DNA from: Mustelus asterias
Taxonomy: Eukaryota
Assembly (NCBI RefSeq): GCF_964213995.1
Contig: NC_135806.1
Coordinates: 93,186,001-93,250,000 of the forward strand
Direction of reading: 5' to 3'
DNA: 64,000 nt
Shown: piece by piece, positions 25,860 through 37,500 of the stretch
Numbering within the stretch: the first letter of the stretch is position 1
Layout: every line of letters starts with the position of its first letter
Position numbers and translations under genes: made by a program
Notes under the pieces: generated by a model
What the model was told of the DNA's origin: nothing
The model's database searches: none
Seen by the model: the letters and a program-made list of their open reading frames with translations, nothing else

Positions 25860-26220
25860 ATTCTTAAGGGGCTTGACAGGGTATGCTAAGAAAATGTGTC
25901 CCATAGCTGAGAAATCTAGAATGTAGGGTCACAGTCTCAGAATAAGTGTTGGCTATTTAGGACTGATATGTGGAGAGATTTCTTCACTCAAAGATTTGTG
26001 AAACTTTGGAAGTTTCTACCCCAGAGAGCTGTGGATGCTCAGTCATTGAGTATATTCAACTCAGAGGTCAGCAGGTTTTTGGGTATGAAAGGAATTAAGG
26101 GACATGGGGATAGTACAGGAAGGTGGATTTGAAATAACAGGTCAGCCATGAGCTTGTTGATGACAGAGCAAGCTCCGGGGATCAAGTGGTCTACTCCAGC
26201 TCTTACTTTCTATGTTCATA
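25860..26220 (+). mobile_element. CR1 3' fragment
   Basis: Degenerate GLDRV...GHSLRI...FFTQR.V.LW sequence and a TTCTATGTTC tail. Confidence 0.7.
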
Positions 26221-26233
26221 TTCTTTCATCTAA

Positions 26234-26407
<174 letters not shown>

Positions 26408-26694
26408 TAAATAAATTGGAGCTTAGTATGTCACTTTTAAAACATTGGAAACTCAATGTCCATCCTGCAAATAATGGGTGTGCTCAATAGCTTTAACTCC
26501 TCATTCCTTTGCTCTGATTCACTCCCTCGCCAGTCTGCTGCTCTGACCTTTGTTCTTTTACTGAGGCCTCTGCTCAATTTTCTTGACTTTTGATTCAGCC
26601 CTTCAACTTTCTTTTTACTGCTGCATCCTTTCCCTGGTTTCTATCATCTTCCCTTAACTACTGAACAGCCCAGAATAATACACATCCTTACCTT

Positions 26695-26799
26695 GCTGGA
26701 GAACTGGCATGCAGACTGGCGGTGCAAGTTACCCTGACATCCCACCTCTGTTTCCAGTCCTACCAAGACCTAATATCAGGCCTTTTGCTACACTCCAGC
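26695..26799 (+). repeat. 105-bp perfect inverted repeat, left copy (LIX1 intron 5)
   Basis: Exact reverse complement of 28036-28140. The identical peptide MQTGGASYPDIPPLFPVLPRPNIRPFATLQ appears in ORFs on opposite strands. Confidence 0.95.
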
Positions 26800-27111
26800 T
26801 ACGTTTAGCAAAGGATGTATCTAAGTGTGGTTCTCACATCTGTGCACACTTGTCACAATCCTCAGTTCATATAGTTCAATATCCTGTTAGCAGAGAATGT
26901 ATTTTAAACTCAGAACAGGCACTAATAAAGCATATAACTGTTTATCAAAAAGACACTTCATGCAAAAGTGAAAAATGATACAGCAATAACCACTTTATAA
27001 ATACGTACTATGAAACTTATCTTGTCTGAATAATTCTGAAATATTCCGAATTGATTTTTGTATCATGGGTGACAATGCCCACATTATAGAACAACTGCAC
27101 CATTTGCTTAA

Positions 27112-27441
<330 letters not shown>

Positions 27442-28035
27442 CACAATTCATTCAAGACAGGAATTGTAGCTCTGATCAAGATAACTCGAGTTTTCTCTCC
27501 GTGAATGCTGCTCCTGATAGCACAAAGATCAGGAATCAACGCCTGGGCTGACCATGAAGACCAATATCTTCAGGAAACCTTGCAATTGCCAAAGTGACAT
27601 GTGAATGTCAGGTTACGTACAAGTCATTATAATAATTCATCTAGGAATTAGATGAATTCCTACACAATGGAACAACCTAAGGCCTGGTACCCATAATATA
27701 GGATTCTAATCATATTATTTGCTTGTGCCATCATGTTTGTATTATCATTGTTTTTGTTATAATGTTATTTATGCCATATATTATACAAACCTGGTTCAGA
27801 TATTCTCATTGCACTAAGCAATTTTAAAAGATAACAAAGATTCACATTGCGTACAGAATTACACACCCAGTCTATGTTTACCTTCAGCCTCAGTAACAGT
27901 TTGAATGCCATACGCTCATCTTTTTCAAATTTCTCTTTCTTCTCTTTTCCCTCAACCACCTATATAGCCTATTCTTAAATATTAACACGCCAGGAATATC
28001 TCTGGACCTTCTCCTGTTCCACTGGCATAACTTTG

Positions 28036-28140
28036 GCTGGAGTGTAGCAAAAGGCCTGATATTAGGTCTTGGTAGGACTGGAAACAGAGGTGGGATGTCA
28101 GGGTAACTTGCACCGCCAGTCTGCATGCCAGTTCTCCAGC
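28036..28140 (-). repeat. 105-bp perfect inverted repeat, right copy (downstream of LIX1 stop)
   Basis: Exact reverse complement of 26695-26799. Confidence 0.95.
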
Positions 28141-28290
28141 TCCATCTTACCTCTAGGCAATTTACATTGAGGTATTTGCCTGCATGTGGTGAGGAGCTGA
28201 TCAGGCTCACTAAGGGCCACTTATAAAACCACCTAAAGAAGACAACTGGGATTTTCCAGTTAGCCTCCAGTTCTTGCAAGTGAAGGGGAC

Positions 28291-29257
28291 CATAGAACAT
28301 AGAACATTACAGCGCAGTACAGGCCCTTCGGCCCTCGATGTTGCGCCGACCAGTGGTACCAATCTAAAGCCCCTCTAATCTACACTATTCCAATATCATC
28401 CATATGTTTATCCAATAACCACTTGAACGCTCTCAACGTTGACGAGTCCACCACTGCTGCAGGCAGGGCATTCCACGCCCTTACTACTCTCTGAGTAAAG
28501 AACCTACCTCTAACATCTGTCCTATATCTCTCACCCCTCAATTTAAAGCTATGTCCCCTCGTGCTAGCCAACACCATCCGAGGACAAAGGCTCTTACTAT
28601 CCACCCTATCTAATCCTCTGATCATCTTGTATGCCTCTATTAAGTCACCTCTTAACCTTCTTCTCTCTAATGAAAACAACCTCAAGCCCCTCAGCCTTTC
28701 CTCATACGATTTTCCCACCATACCAGGCAACATCCTGATAAATCTCCTCTGCACCCTTTCCAACACTTCCACATCTTTCCTATAATACGGCAACCAGAGC
28801 TGTACGCAATACTCCAAATGCGGCCGCACCAGAGTTTTGTACAGTTGCAGCATGACCTCTTGGCTCCGAAACTCAATCCCTCTACCAATAAAAGCTAACA
28901 CACCGTACGCCTTCTTAACAACCCTATCAACCTGGGTGCCAACTTTCAGGGATCTATGCACATGGACACCCAGATCCCTCTGTTCATCCACACTACCAAG
29001 TATCTTACCATTAGCCCAGTACTCTGTATTCCTGTTACTCCTTCCAAAGTGAATCACCTCACACTTTTCCACATTAAACTCCATTTGCCACCTCTCAGCC
29101 CAGCTCTGCAGCTTATCTATGTCCCTCTGTAACCTGCCACTTCCCTCCGCACTGTCTACAACTCCACCGACTTTAGTGTCATCCGCAAATTTACTAATCC
29201 ATCCTTCCACGCCCTCATCCAAGTCATTAATAAAAATGACAAACAGCAGTGGGACCA
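28291..29257 (-). mobile_element. CR1 LINE, young 5'-truncated insertion with open RT C-terminal frame
   Basis: ORF 28380-29270 reads PLLFVIFINDL..FADDTK..RPHLEYC..FFTQRVV. A (GTTCTAT)n tail lies at 28291-28306. GGGACCA occurs at both junctions. A 28-bp tandem duplication sits at the 5' junction (29234-29290). Confidence 0.95.
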
Positions 29258-29299
29258 GATTAAATGACAAACAGCAGTGGGACCAGATTAAATGTCTGG

Positions 29300-29975
29300 A
29301 GGTGGTTTCCTGGTGACGACATTCCTAGTTGTAGCATGGCTCTCATTGTAAGAAAACCCATTCCCGAATGGTCAGGTGGAGTGGGGGAGCCATTAGCTAT
29401 AGGTAGATCTTAGCACCGAGAAACCATCCTCTTCTTTGACACGGTGATTAGAAGATGGCTGGATTGGCAGATTGGCCCAGTGACTGGATAATGGGAATTC
29501 ACCCAGCATGATGATCTCAGCATTAGGGTACACAACTGCACACATTGTGGTTGCAGTATATCTTCCGATTGAGATGCAGCACACACAAAGCCATGTATGT
29601 GCAGTTTATATCTCCCTTCACAATAGGGTAGCCTCAGAATTCCAAATGCCTGCTCCTTCTGTTTCTTGGTTCTTAGAAGGGAGACAATCAAGCCTATCTT
29701 CTGGAAAGCAAGGCTGTGATTGCCAAGGTACAGCGATGAAAGTGAGCTGCGATGTGTTGACAATGTCACTGGCTCCAACTTGGCAGGATCCCTTAGCGTA
29801 GAAATTGAGGGTCATGATAACCTTGACAGCCACTGGTAGCACCATTCTCACTCCGTTCTGAAGCTGCAAGTGTAGTTCAAGCAGGTACCACAGTTCTCTG
29901 ACCACCTCCTTGGTGAAGCATAGCCACTGCTCCTGGCTGAGGTGCAGTTAGGAGAAATATTCCCTGAAGATTCTG
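29300..29975 (-). pseudogene. Harbinger (HARBI1-like) transposase N-terminal/core remnant
   Basis: FTKEVVRELWYLL...LPVAVKVIMTLNFYAKGSCQVGASDIVNTSQ matches the HARBI1-type N-terminal motif. Confidence 0.75.
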
Positions 29976-29979
29976 TGGG

Positions 29980-30282
29980 AGAATCTAGGAGAAAAGGGCA
30001 TAATCTCAGAGGAAGGAGTCATCATTTAAGACAGAAATGAGAAGGAATTTCTTCACTCAGAGTGTAGTGAATATGTGGAATCCTTTATTGTAGAGGCTGG
30101 GTCATTAAATATGTTCAAGGCTGAGATAGATTCTTAATCAGGGAATCAAGGATTATGGGGATAAGGCAGAAAAGTGGAGTTGAGGATTATCATATCAGAT
30201 CAGTCATGATCTCCTTGAATGGCAGAGCAGAGTCGATGGGCTGAGTTGTCTATTTCTGCTCCTTCGTCTTAGGGTCTTACGA
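29980..30282 (+). mobile_element. CR1 3' tail fragment
   Basis: Degenerate GHNLR...MRRNFFTQ.VV..WN sequence and CR1 3' UTR. Confidence 0.7.
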
Positions 30283-30828
30283 TGAACCACACCTGGAGTG
30301 TTGTGTGGAGTTGTGTGTATCTAAGAAAGAATCTGTCAACTTCTTCAACAACACAGGACTTCCAATTATTTCTGCACTAACAAGTAGATAGTCAAAAGCA
30401 CCTCACCCACAAGCTGGATGATGATGCCTTTAAATAGCACTGGTAGGGACAAGGCCCCTCATGCAGCTGAAATTATGTTCAGCTGGATGCATTTAAGAGA
30501 GGGAAGTAAGAGGAGTGCTGAGGCCCAAATTGGCAGGTCAAGCTGCAGCAATCAGCATTAGACGCTGACTGACTTCACAATCTACTCACTCTTCATATCT
30601 CCAGCACCCACGCAGAATACCCATACTACTGTGCTTCACAAGGTGGCAAATGGCACTAGTCATTCCAGACATGGTTGAGCGCCAATATTTTGTATATAAT
30701 AGTGCTGTAGAGCCCAATTTTGTGGCCAAACAGTCTGTAAAGGGATACATAACCAAGCTAACCATACCTGCGAGGGTGTTCCAACTTGAAACATTGGGTC
30801 ATGGTGGTGTATAGTTTTTTTCGAATAC

Positions 30829-31975
30829 TGTGAGGAGTCACATAAAATCCAATGAGGAATCAGTCCAGTCATCATATAAATAATTATTAATGAATATTAA
30901 TACACAATGAAAAGGACTACAATACTTAAAACACTTAAGTACATGAATAACTATCTCACACACACACACTTAATGTAGAAATTACCCCTTGTTCCAAAAT
31001 ATATCTATGATCTCTGATCGCACTTTCCTTTCCCAAACAACATCAAACTTAAATAATTCTATAAGTAAATCCAGCTTATAGTTATCACACAACACAGGGC
31101 TGATGATCAAGTCTGGGAAACATCTTTTCCTGGTCCAGCGAAGATATTTAAACTGCCTTTGTGAAGGTTTCCTGCAATGCCTTTGTTCTAAGGCTTGGAT
31201 GCAACACAAGAGCATTTCTGAGAAACAAAAGATGTTCTCGAATCCCTTGGCTGTGAAATGGGTCCCTGCCACCTGGTGTGAGATGTGGACTGGCTTCTCT
31301 GCTTCTGAGGGGGGTAACAGTTATACTGTTTCCCCTTTTGTTATTTTAAAACTTGGGAGTTGGCTGTCTACATATCTTGAATTCTTTCTTTTTGTGGAGC
31401 TTATCTTTTCTGTAGCCCTGCATCACCCAGTCATTCAGGTAAATTGTTTCTCCTTGTGGAACTTAACATTTCTATAGCGGTCATCTAAGTAATCTATTTT
31501 TACCACTGGAGCAATTCACACCTAATCATCTTCTGATGCTCTCATGCTCTTGGAAGGCCCTGATCACCTTTAGAGACTTGCCTGCCCATGGAAATCTTGG
31601 TTGTTGTTATTGTTGCTAGGCAGATTTCTATCTTTCAGGCCTTTATAAATTCTTGTTACTGTTGCTAGGCAGATTTTTACCTTTCAGGCCTTTTTAAATT
31701 TGTATTATGTTGCTGCTAAGCAATTCCCTTACAGTATGATGTGTGGAAGTAGAAGGCTACTCAATTTGGTAGGGAGAATAGAAACAGACAGTTTCTTAAA
31801 TGGTGAGTGTAGTAGGTAAAAATACCTCTTGAGGCTGGTATGAGTCAAAATAGAGTAGGCTTTATTCTCACAAGCTTGCGGGAGAACCTGACCCCTTGAA
31901 AGCGGAAGCCAAAGTTCTCCCTGAACACAGAAAAGTGGGGATATATATCCAGCATGGCTTCTAATACTGGTCACG
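30829..31975. mobile_element. Possible solo LTR
   Basis: Near-inverted termini TGTGA...TCACG and an internal ~49-bp tandem repeat (about 31610-31725). It is non-coding, and no convincing TSD was found. Confidence 0.3.
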
Positions 31976-33213
31976 AATCAACCCCAGACCAGTCACGACT
32001 CAGAAATACAATTTACAACTGCTGGTCACGAAGCAAGCTTCCAGACCAACTACAAAAAGTACATTGATAGCTTCTTGACCATAAACCAGTGTATCTGGCA
32101 TCCTCAGCACACAAAGCGCAGGTCTTCTGTTTCCTGTTCTTCCCACGGTTTCCCTTTGAAGTTCCAACGCTCTTCCAGCTGCCTCAGCAGGAGTTCCTCT
32201 TCAAACGGCTGATATCGCGCTCCACACCATGGAATCGCTTGTCTTCCGCAAACCACACACAAACTTGTAGGAAAGGTAAGACTTCACAAACACATTCACA
32301 TTACATTGACTATCTATTGTTATAAAAATAAAAGTTAACTGGTATTAATGTCAGAAGCAGTACAAACAAGAATAACTTTTATTCATGTCAAAAGCAGTAT
32401 AAACCTGAGGGAAAGCAGTATAAACCTGAGGAGATTAGCCACAATGAAGGGTTATGCTTGTGATACATTCTAAGTACAAAGTTCAACCTTTTAGGTACAA
32501 AATACATTAACCCTTTCCCTTTAGGTACAAAATACATTGAGTACAAAAAACATTAACCCTTTCTTCAGTGAGAACCTATTAAATGTTGCTGTTCAGAAGG
32601 ATTTGGGTGTCCTTGTATACAAAATGCAGGAAGTTAACATGCAGTTACAGCAAGCAATTAGATTGGCAAATTACATGTTGGCCTTTATTGAAAGGGGGCT
32701 GGAGTACAAAAAGTACTGCTGCAGTTGGGATTTGGTGAGACCACATCTTAAGTTTAAAGTTTCTTTATTAGTGTCCCAAGTAGGCTTACATTAACACTGC
32801 AATGAAGTTACTGTGAAAATCCCCTCGTCACTGCACTCCGGTGCCTGTTCGGGTACACTGAGGGAGAATTTAGCATGGCCAATGCACCTAACCAATGCAC
32901 CTGGGGTACTGTGTACAGTTTTAATCACTTGTGCCTAAGGAAGGTTATTGACTTCCCCTAAGGGAGGTGCATCAAAGGTTCACTAGATTGATCCCTGGGA
33001 TGAGAGGATTGTCCTATGAGTAGAACTGATCTATATTCTCTGGAGTTTAGAAGAATGAGGTGTGATCACATTGAAATGTATAGGATTCTAAGCAGGCTTG
33101 ACTGAGTAGATACTGTGAGGTTATTTCCCCTGGCTGGATAGGACGAGGGGAAACACAGTAAGAAGTCTCACAACACCAGTTTAAAGTCCAACAGGTTTAT
33201 TTGGTAGTAAAAG

Positions 33214-33253
33214 CCACTAGCTTTCGGAGCGCTGCTCTTTCGTCAGGTGAGTG
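33214..33253 (-). ncRNA. Minimal hammerhead ribozyme motif
   Basis: Minus strand reads CACTCAC-CTGACGA-A-AGAGC-AGC-GCTCC-GAAA-GCTA-GTG, with one helix II mismatch. Confidence 0.65.
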
Positions 33254-34450
33254 GGAGTTCTGTTCACAAACAGGGCATATAAAGACACAAACTCAATTTA
33301 CAAAATAATGATTGGAATGCGAGTCTGTACAGGTAATCAAGTCTTAAAGGTACAGACAATGTGAGTGGAGAGAGCGTTAAGCACAGGTTAAAGAGATATG
33401 TACTGTCTCCAGACAGGACAGTTAGTGAGATTTTGTAAGCCTAGGCAAGTCGTGGGAGTTACAGGTAGTTTGACATGAACCCAAGATCCCGGTTGAGGCC
33501 ATCCTCATGTGTGCGGAACTTGGCTATCAGTCTCTGCTCAGCGACACTGCGTTGTCATGTGTCGTGAAGGCCACCTTGGAGAATGCTTACCCGAAGATCA
33601 GAGACCAAATGTCCATGACCGCTGAAGTGTTCCCCAACAGGAAGAGAACACTCTTGCCTGGTGATTGTCGAACGGTGTTCATTCATCCATTGTTGTAGCA
33701 TCTGCATGGTCTCCCCAATGTACCATGCCTCGGGACATTCTTTCCTGCAGTGTACCAGGTAGACAACGTTGGCCGAGTTGCAAGAGTATGTACAGTGTAC
33801 CTGGTGGATGGTGTTCTCACGTGAGATGTTGGCATCCGTGTCGATGATCCGGCATGTCTTGCAGAGGTTGCTGTGGCAGGGTTGTGTGGAGTCGTGGTCA
33901 CTGTTCTCCTGAAGGCTGGGTAGTTTGCTGAGGACAATGGTCTGTTTGAGGTTGTGCGGTTGTTTGAAGGCAAGAAGTGGGGTGTGGGGATGGCCTTGGC
34001 GAGATGTTCGTCTTCACCAATGAGATGTTGAAGGCTCGACAATCACCAGGCAAGAATGTTCTCTTCCTGTTGGGGAACACTTCAGCAGTCGAGGGCATTT
34101 GGCCTCTGATCTTCGGGTAAGCGTACTCCAAGGTGGCCTTCACACACGACAACGCAGAGTCGCTGAGCAGAGACTGATAGCCAAGTTCCGCACACATGAG
34201 GATGGCCTAAACCGGGATCTTGGGTTCATGTCACACTATCTGTAACCCCCACGACTTGCCTGGGCTTGCAAAATCTCACTAACTGTCCTGTCTGGAGACA
34301 ATACACATCTCTTTAACCTGTGCTTAACGCTCTCTCCACTCACATTGTCTATTCCTTTAAGACTTGATTACCTGTACAGATTCGCATTCCAACCATTATT
34401 TTGTAAATTGAGTTTGTGTCTTTATATGCCATGTTTGTGAACAGAACTCC

Positions 34451-34490
34451 CACTTACCTGACGAAGGAGCAGCGCTCTGAAAGCTAGTGG
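34451..34490 (+). ncRNA. Minimal hammerhead ribozyme motif
   Basis: CACTTAC-CTGACGA-A-GGAGC-AGC-GCTCT-GAAA-GCTA-GTGG. Confidence 0.7.
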
Positions 34491-36254
34491 CTTTTACTAC
34501 CAAATAAACCTGTTGGACTTTAACCTGGTGTTGTGAGACTTCTTACTGTGTTTACCCCAGTCCACATTAGGGGACCCAGTGTCAGGATAAGGAATTGACC
34601 ATTTAGGGGAAGATGTGAATCTTTGGAATTCTGTACCCCAGGGGCTTGTCGATGTTCAGTTGTTAAGTATTTTAAAGATAAGATTGATAGATTTTTGATT
34701 CGAGTAAAACAGGAAAGTAAGAATTCTGGTCCGAACTGTTCTTTTTTCCTTCTTGGAGAGATTGGACTGGAAAATGGAATTGTAGTCAAAGATCAACCCT
34801 GCTCTTAATAAATGGTGGAGCAAGCTAGGGTCATATGGTCAACCCCTGGTCTTATTTCTTACCTTCCAACACTAAATATACAACAGAGCTAGACAACGGG
34901 TGAGGAAAGTTGCAATGGTAGAAAATAATTTTTTGCTCTGTTATTTCAGTAAAACTGTTAACCCACATATTTTATCAGGATTATATCTTTAGTGCAATGG
35001 TGCAGGGAGGGATTTCGCATGATCGTAGGAGTTAATCTTAGCTCACAATAATTATAAGACTCCAATGCGTATTCAGAAGACACCTCCAGTATTTAATCAG
35101 TGTGCTTGTCTTATTTATCAGTAGGCTGAAATCGGCCGCTTATTCAGCTTATTGCAGTGCTAGCCAGCAAGATCAGTCGCAACCAATCAGCTGGGTCACA
35201 GCTCACAAACCATGACTCTAATGATTCCCGTCAGCAGCTTTCAGTGTGCTGATCTCAGCAGTGGCGCAGGCTTATAAATTCAATTTTCCAGCTGACAGAC
35301 TTTTAAATCACCAGACTGTGGAAATTCAATCTTTTAGAAAAGGCAAGTTTTTGGCAGACATTTGATTTTTGGGGGGTGGGTGGGGGGGATAAAAATAGGG
35401 TTTAGAATTTTGAAAGAAAACAACCAACTTGCCAAACATCTGGGTGGTCAAGCTGGTGGCTCATAAACTGTGGCATTAATATTGGTTTCAACATAGAAAT
35501 GTGGAAACATATTGAATTTACTGAGGAACTTTATATGAAGTTCCAGCTTAGGAATGAAGTTGGATTTGATAAATTCCAGGCGAGTAATGGCCAAACTTTC
35601 AGAGCGGTCAATTCCATTCCATTGCATTCCATTCTACATGTGCTCTTCCCAAAGGCAGCTCATTGTCTGATAGGGTTTAGTCCTGAGCAATTTTCCTTGG
35701 CAGGTTTTGAGACTGGTGGTTTGGCATTGCATTCTGCTCTCAGGGACAGGATGAGGAGGCAGCTCCCAAGACGACCTCAACTGGAATGGGAACTGAACCC
35801 CAGTTGTAGGCATTATTCTGAATCACAGGCCAGCCATCTAAGATAACCAGCTCCTCCAGTGGTCAAATGATGTAGGTTCAATGAAGCTGAAGATGGTGTA
35901 CTGGAAACCTGAAATGCTTGGTTTTAATTACTTCCAACAGAAGATCTAAAGTTGAGCACTGGTTTTCTCTCAGCATTTCCTTTACAATTTGAAAGCATGC
36001 ACATAACAGGGGCATCAGACACAGCTACAAGGAATAGACACAGTCCACATCAGTAATAACTGGACACAAATATACAAATACTACTGAAGTAGATGCACAA
36101 TAACTCAACGATCGTGAGGGCAGGCTAATTTTGCCGAGCTAAACTGTTTCAGACAGACAGTTTTTTGTTGCTGCTATAAAAACACATACGGCTGAGGGGG
36201 AGGAGGCGAATGCAATCCTGAACCTTCAATCTTAAAATGGGTAAAGTCGAGGTC

Positions 36255-36420
36255 ATAACAAATAACCCCATCCTATCATGTTGTTGTTTGTGGGATCTCG
36301 CTGTGCACAAATCCATTGCCATATTTTCTATGTTGCAGTTGCAATTTAAAAGCACTTCACTGACATTAATGCCCTTTGGCACGTCCTTCAATGTGGAAGG
36401 TGTTATATAACATGTGTTTT
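36255..36420 (+). mobile_element. DeuSINE (SacSINE1/AmnSINE-like) 3' fragment
   Basis: TGTTTGTGGGATCTCGCTGTGCACAAAT...AAAGCACTTCA... is reverse-complementary to the SINE at 56557-56795. Confidence 0.55.
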
Positions 36421-36815
36421 TGAAAATAAGTGTTGAATCTAAAATTACAAAAAAACTGGAAGAACTTGAACACCACAAGATGGGTGGGAAAGGGCCAAAG
36501 GGTGGGTTTAATTGAGAAACCTGAAACTTGGTCCAATTGTAGCTAGTTTTTGTTTTAAGTAGAGTGGATTGTGGAGGTGTGGAGGGTCGAGGGCAGGAGG
36601 CCAGAAGAAGGGGGGGGGGGGGGGGGGGGGAAGGTGAGTGAACTGGTCTTGAGAGGACAATATGTGATTCGAATATGCTAATTAAGGCTCCATGCCTCAG
36701 ATTTTAACCAACTTTATATTTAATGGCAAACTTGGCTGCTGAAGGGATGCAGTGCATTTTCAGCTTTGTTCCTGGGCCAAGAGGAAGAGTGCTTCCTCCC
36801 TGCCCCCTTTGGTTC

Positions 36816-36945
36816 CGTAAGAAGTCTCACACCAGGTTAAAGTCCAACAGGTTTATTTGTTAACACAAACTTTCGGAGAGCTGCCCCTTCATCAGGTGAG
36901 TGGAGAGTTGGGTTCACAAACAGGGCATATATAGACACAGGCTCA
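36816..36945 (-). mobile_element. Solo Penelope pLTR fragment with hammerhead motif (36864-36902)
   Basis: Minus strand reads CACTCAC-CTGATGA-A-GGGGC-AGC-TCTCC-GAAA-GTTT-GTG followed by the tail. Confidence 0.8.
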
Positions 36946-37239
36946 GTGGTTCCACACACTAACCTGCCACAATTGGCCCACTATCAACCCTAACCAGAAC
37001 TGCCCGTGATCTTCTTCCCCACCAACATTCACAATGTCTTTCTCCTGACCTGCAATCTCTCCCTCTACTCCCTCCCTCCTCAACAATTTCCACACACACT
37101 TTTCTGTCCAACAACCTTTTCATCTCTGGTAGGCTTGCAGTAACACAGGACAGCACCTCGTTACTATCATGTGGGAGACCAGAGTTCAATTCCCTGAAGG
37201 AGAACTATGAAGTTTATCTGACCATAGGGCATCTTTTTC

Positions 37240-37500
37240 GGGTGGCATGGTGGCACAGTGATTAACATTGCTGCCTGACAACACCAGGGACTTGGGTTGG
37301 ACTCCTGGCTTGGGTCACTGTCTGTGCGGAGTCTGCACATTCTCCCCGTTTCTGCGTAGGTTTCCTCCAGGTGCTCCAGTTTCCTTCCACAGTCCGAAAG
37401 ACATGCTGGTTGGCTATGCTAAATCCTCCCTCAGTTTACCTGAACAGGCGCCAGAGTATTAATGTAACCTGCTTATGACACTAATGAATAAACTTTACTT
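37240..37500 (+). mobile_element. tRNA-derived V-SINE (HE1-like)
   Basis: A box TGGCACAGTG, a degenerate B box and the V-domain TGTGCGGAGTCTGCACATTCTCCCCG...GGTTTCCTCC. Confidence 0.85.

Larger units (their letters stand above)
33152..34565. mobile_element. Penelope-like element: two 3' ends joined head-to-head
   Basis: 33152-34036 (-) and 34037-34565 (+) both match 7130-8010 (GIY-YIG and pLTR). 33152-33670 and 34037-34553 form a ~520-bp inverted repeat. Confidence 0.92.
32565..34860 (+). mobile_element. CR1 3' fragment interrupted by a SINE tail and an inverted Penelope pair
   Basis: QKDLGVLV...QQAIRLANYMLAFIERGLEYK...LVRPHL at 32565-32750. A reversed SINE 3' part lies at about 32752-32892. 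The CR1 resumes to 33150 and again at 34566-34860. Confidence 0.75.
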
